Positions 6,210 to 7,293 of a DNA stretch of 7,293 nucleotides are shown here, one piece after another. This stretch comes from Promethearchaeota archaeon (GTDB lineage: Archaea; Asgardarchaeota; Thorarchaeia; Thorarchaeales; Thorarchaeaceae). The stretch is from assembly GCA_027031765.1 (NCBI GenBank), contig JALVPN010000022.1, positions 1-7,293 of the forward strand, read 5' to 3'. The notes under the pieces were generated by a model. It ran no database searches. It was not told the origin of the DNA and saw only the letters and a list, made by a program, of their open reading frames with translations. The translations under genes were made by a program, and so were the position numbers. The first letter of the stretch is position 1. Every line of letters begins with the position of its first letter.

Positions 6210-6704
6210 CTAGTCTCCCCTCTTGCCGAGCTGCGCATCAAGCATGAACAGTGCGTTCTTCGAGTCCCCTATCATCTTGAGGAGGTCTCTGACCTTCATG
6301 GTCTGTTCTTCCTCCTCGATCTGTTCGTCATAGAACCAGTGCAGCATCGGGAGGGCTGCGCGGTCGCCGTTCCTCTCGGCGATCTCACCTATCTTGAATA
6401 TCCTCTCACTCACTTTCTTCTCGTGTTCGTAGGCGTCCTCCCAGGCCTCCAGTGGTGAGCTCCACTCCGTTTTGGGCCTGCCAATCGCCTCCAGCTCTAC
6501 CTTGCCACCCCGGTCAACAATGTGCTCCCAGAACCGCATGGCGTGCTCATACTCCTCTTTCGCCTGGACCTTCATCCAGTGAGCCATCCCGTTCAGGTTC
6601 TGCTGTTCGAACCATGCCGCCATGGCTAGGTAGAGGTATCCGCTATACAGCTCAAAGTTTAGCTGGTCGTTGATTGCATCCTGAAGCTCTTTGCCAATCA
6701 TCAT
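6210..6704 (-). CDS. ftnA: Non-heme ferritin (prokaryotic Ftn); the second ATG (6701) is the probable start
   Basis: Counting from the second Met, E17, Y24, E49, E50, H53, E94, E126, Q127, E129 and E130 are all present, matching the ferroxidase and C-site numbering of archaeal/bacterial Ftn. SD-like AGGGGG at 6718-6713. Confidence 0.96.
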   Translation of the reverse strand: MMIGKELQDAINDQLNFELYSGYLYLAMAAWFEQQNLNGMAHWMKVQAKEEYEHAMRFWEHIVDRGGKVELEAIGRPKTEWSSPLEAWEDAYEHEKKVSERIFKIGEIAERNGDRAALPMLHWFYDEQIEEEEQTMKVRDLLKMIGDSKNALFMLDAQLGKRGD

Positions 6705-6724
6705 GGGACTTACCCCCTGTGTGA

Positions 6725-6743
6725 GTTAACCAATGTTAATAAC
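6725..6743. promoter_or_regulatory. AT-rich inverted repeat, candidate repressor operator in the ferritin promoter
   Basis: The + strand reads GTTAACCAATGTTAATAAC, containing TTAAC-N4-GTTAA and GTTA-N11-TAAC. It lies between the TATA box and the predicted transcription start. Confidence 0.4.
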
Positions 6744-6746
6744 TAC

Positions 6747-6760
6747 TTATATCCCTTCCG
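6747..6760 (-). promoter_or_regulatory. BRE + TATA box for ferritin
   Basis: Minus strand CGGAAGGG-ATATAA is a purine-rich BRE-like tract followed by a TATA-like hexamer ending 42 nt upstream of ATG 6704. The implied leader would include the SD. Confidence 0.55.
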
Positions 6761-6954
6761 CTGTGTCGCCGTGCCTGTCTGTGACTGACGGCCGCTCCAG
6801 CACCCGGCGGCTGGTAGGGGCCCTTCCGGACGTGGTGGTCTTGACAGTCCGGGCAGATGCTCCCCGTACGGGGGTTGACACAGTGACGTCCTGTGGTCCA
6901 TGGCACGAAGCTTTTTCTGTCACGAATCAGTACCACGCCAGTTTGTCGTTGGAG

Positions 6955-7293
6955 ATGGTCGTGATGGCAAACCTGAATGTGGCAACAGTCCTGGTGGAGC
7001 TGATCCCGCCTCTGGTGCTGACCTTGGCCTACCAGGTTCTCTTCCGGAAGCGGAAGAACAAGTTTATCGAGGCGTTCATCGTACTCATGTACGTCAAGAC
7101 CATTACTTTCTTCCTTTACAACGTCGCATTCTTCCCGGTGGATGTGCCGTACTACTTCTCAACGGAGGTGTCCCCCGACACCTTGAGCCGGGTGCTGTTC
7201 CTGGACTTCGTGTTCCAGCTACTCGTAACAGTACAGGACTTTATCACTTGGGTGATGGTCTCTTTCTTCTCCGTACTCTTCGGCATCCTCGTG
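6955..7293 (+). CDS. Hypothetical multi-pass membrane protein, 3'-truncated (not in the ORF track because it has no stop in the window)
   Basis: Frame 1 from ATG 6955 (or ATG 6964, preceded by GGAG at 6951-6954) is open to the window end: MVVMANLNVATVLVELIPPLVLTLAYQVLFRKRKNKFIEAFIVLMYVKTITFFLYNVAFFPVDVPYYFSTEVSPDTLSRVLFLDFVFQLLVTVQDFITWVMVSFFSVLFGILV. It has several hydrophobic stretches and a positive-inside RKRKNK loop. Confidence 0.8.
   Translation, partial: MVVMANLNVATVLVELIPPLVLTLAYQVLFRKRKNKFIEAFIVLMYVKTITFFLYNVAFFPVDVPYYFSTEVSPDTLSRVLFLDFVFQLLVTVQDFITWVMVSFFSVLFGILV

Noticed and set aside
5901-6241. Small ORFs 5901..6200 (-), 5912..6241 (-) and 5992..6213 (+) in the ferritin-peptidase spacer
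   Set aside because: Pro/Gly/Arg-rich GC-biased translations in three competing frames. The two minus-strand ORFs run into the putative peptidase promoter. No motif support.
6733-6954. Longer N-terminus for the membrane protein from ATG 6733 (frame is open from 6730)
   Set aside because: It would start inside the ferritin promoter/operator, its composition differs sharply from the hydrophobic body, and an SD is present only before 6964.

Overview
Archaeal-type chromosomal window, roughly 60% GC by eye. The archaeal call rests on an alpha2-type GlyRS, an archaeal-type CoaD and TATA/BRE-like promoters; an Asgard/Thorarchaeota-like origin is only a guess. The + strand carries a 5'-truncated glycyl-tRNA synthetase (glyS), then a universal stress protein overlapping an ASKHA/DUF4445 (RACo-like corrinoid reductive activator) gene that lacks any Fe-S domain. 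Converging on these from the - strand are a non-heme ferritin, a 337-nt GC-rich spacer, a 664-aa PA-domain M28/DUF4910-like metallopeptidase and coaD. A divergent multi-pass membrane protein gene, absent from the ORF track, runs off the 3' end. No tRNA, rRNA, CRISPR array or mobile element was seen. The most unusual signal is the peptidase-coaD junction: both genes share one frame, are separated by a single UGA in a UGA-CUG context, and a GNRA-capped stem-loop 5 nt downstream buries the annotated coaD GTG. This suggests CUG re-initiation or stop readthrough and is untested inference.
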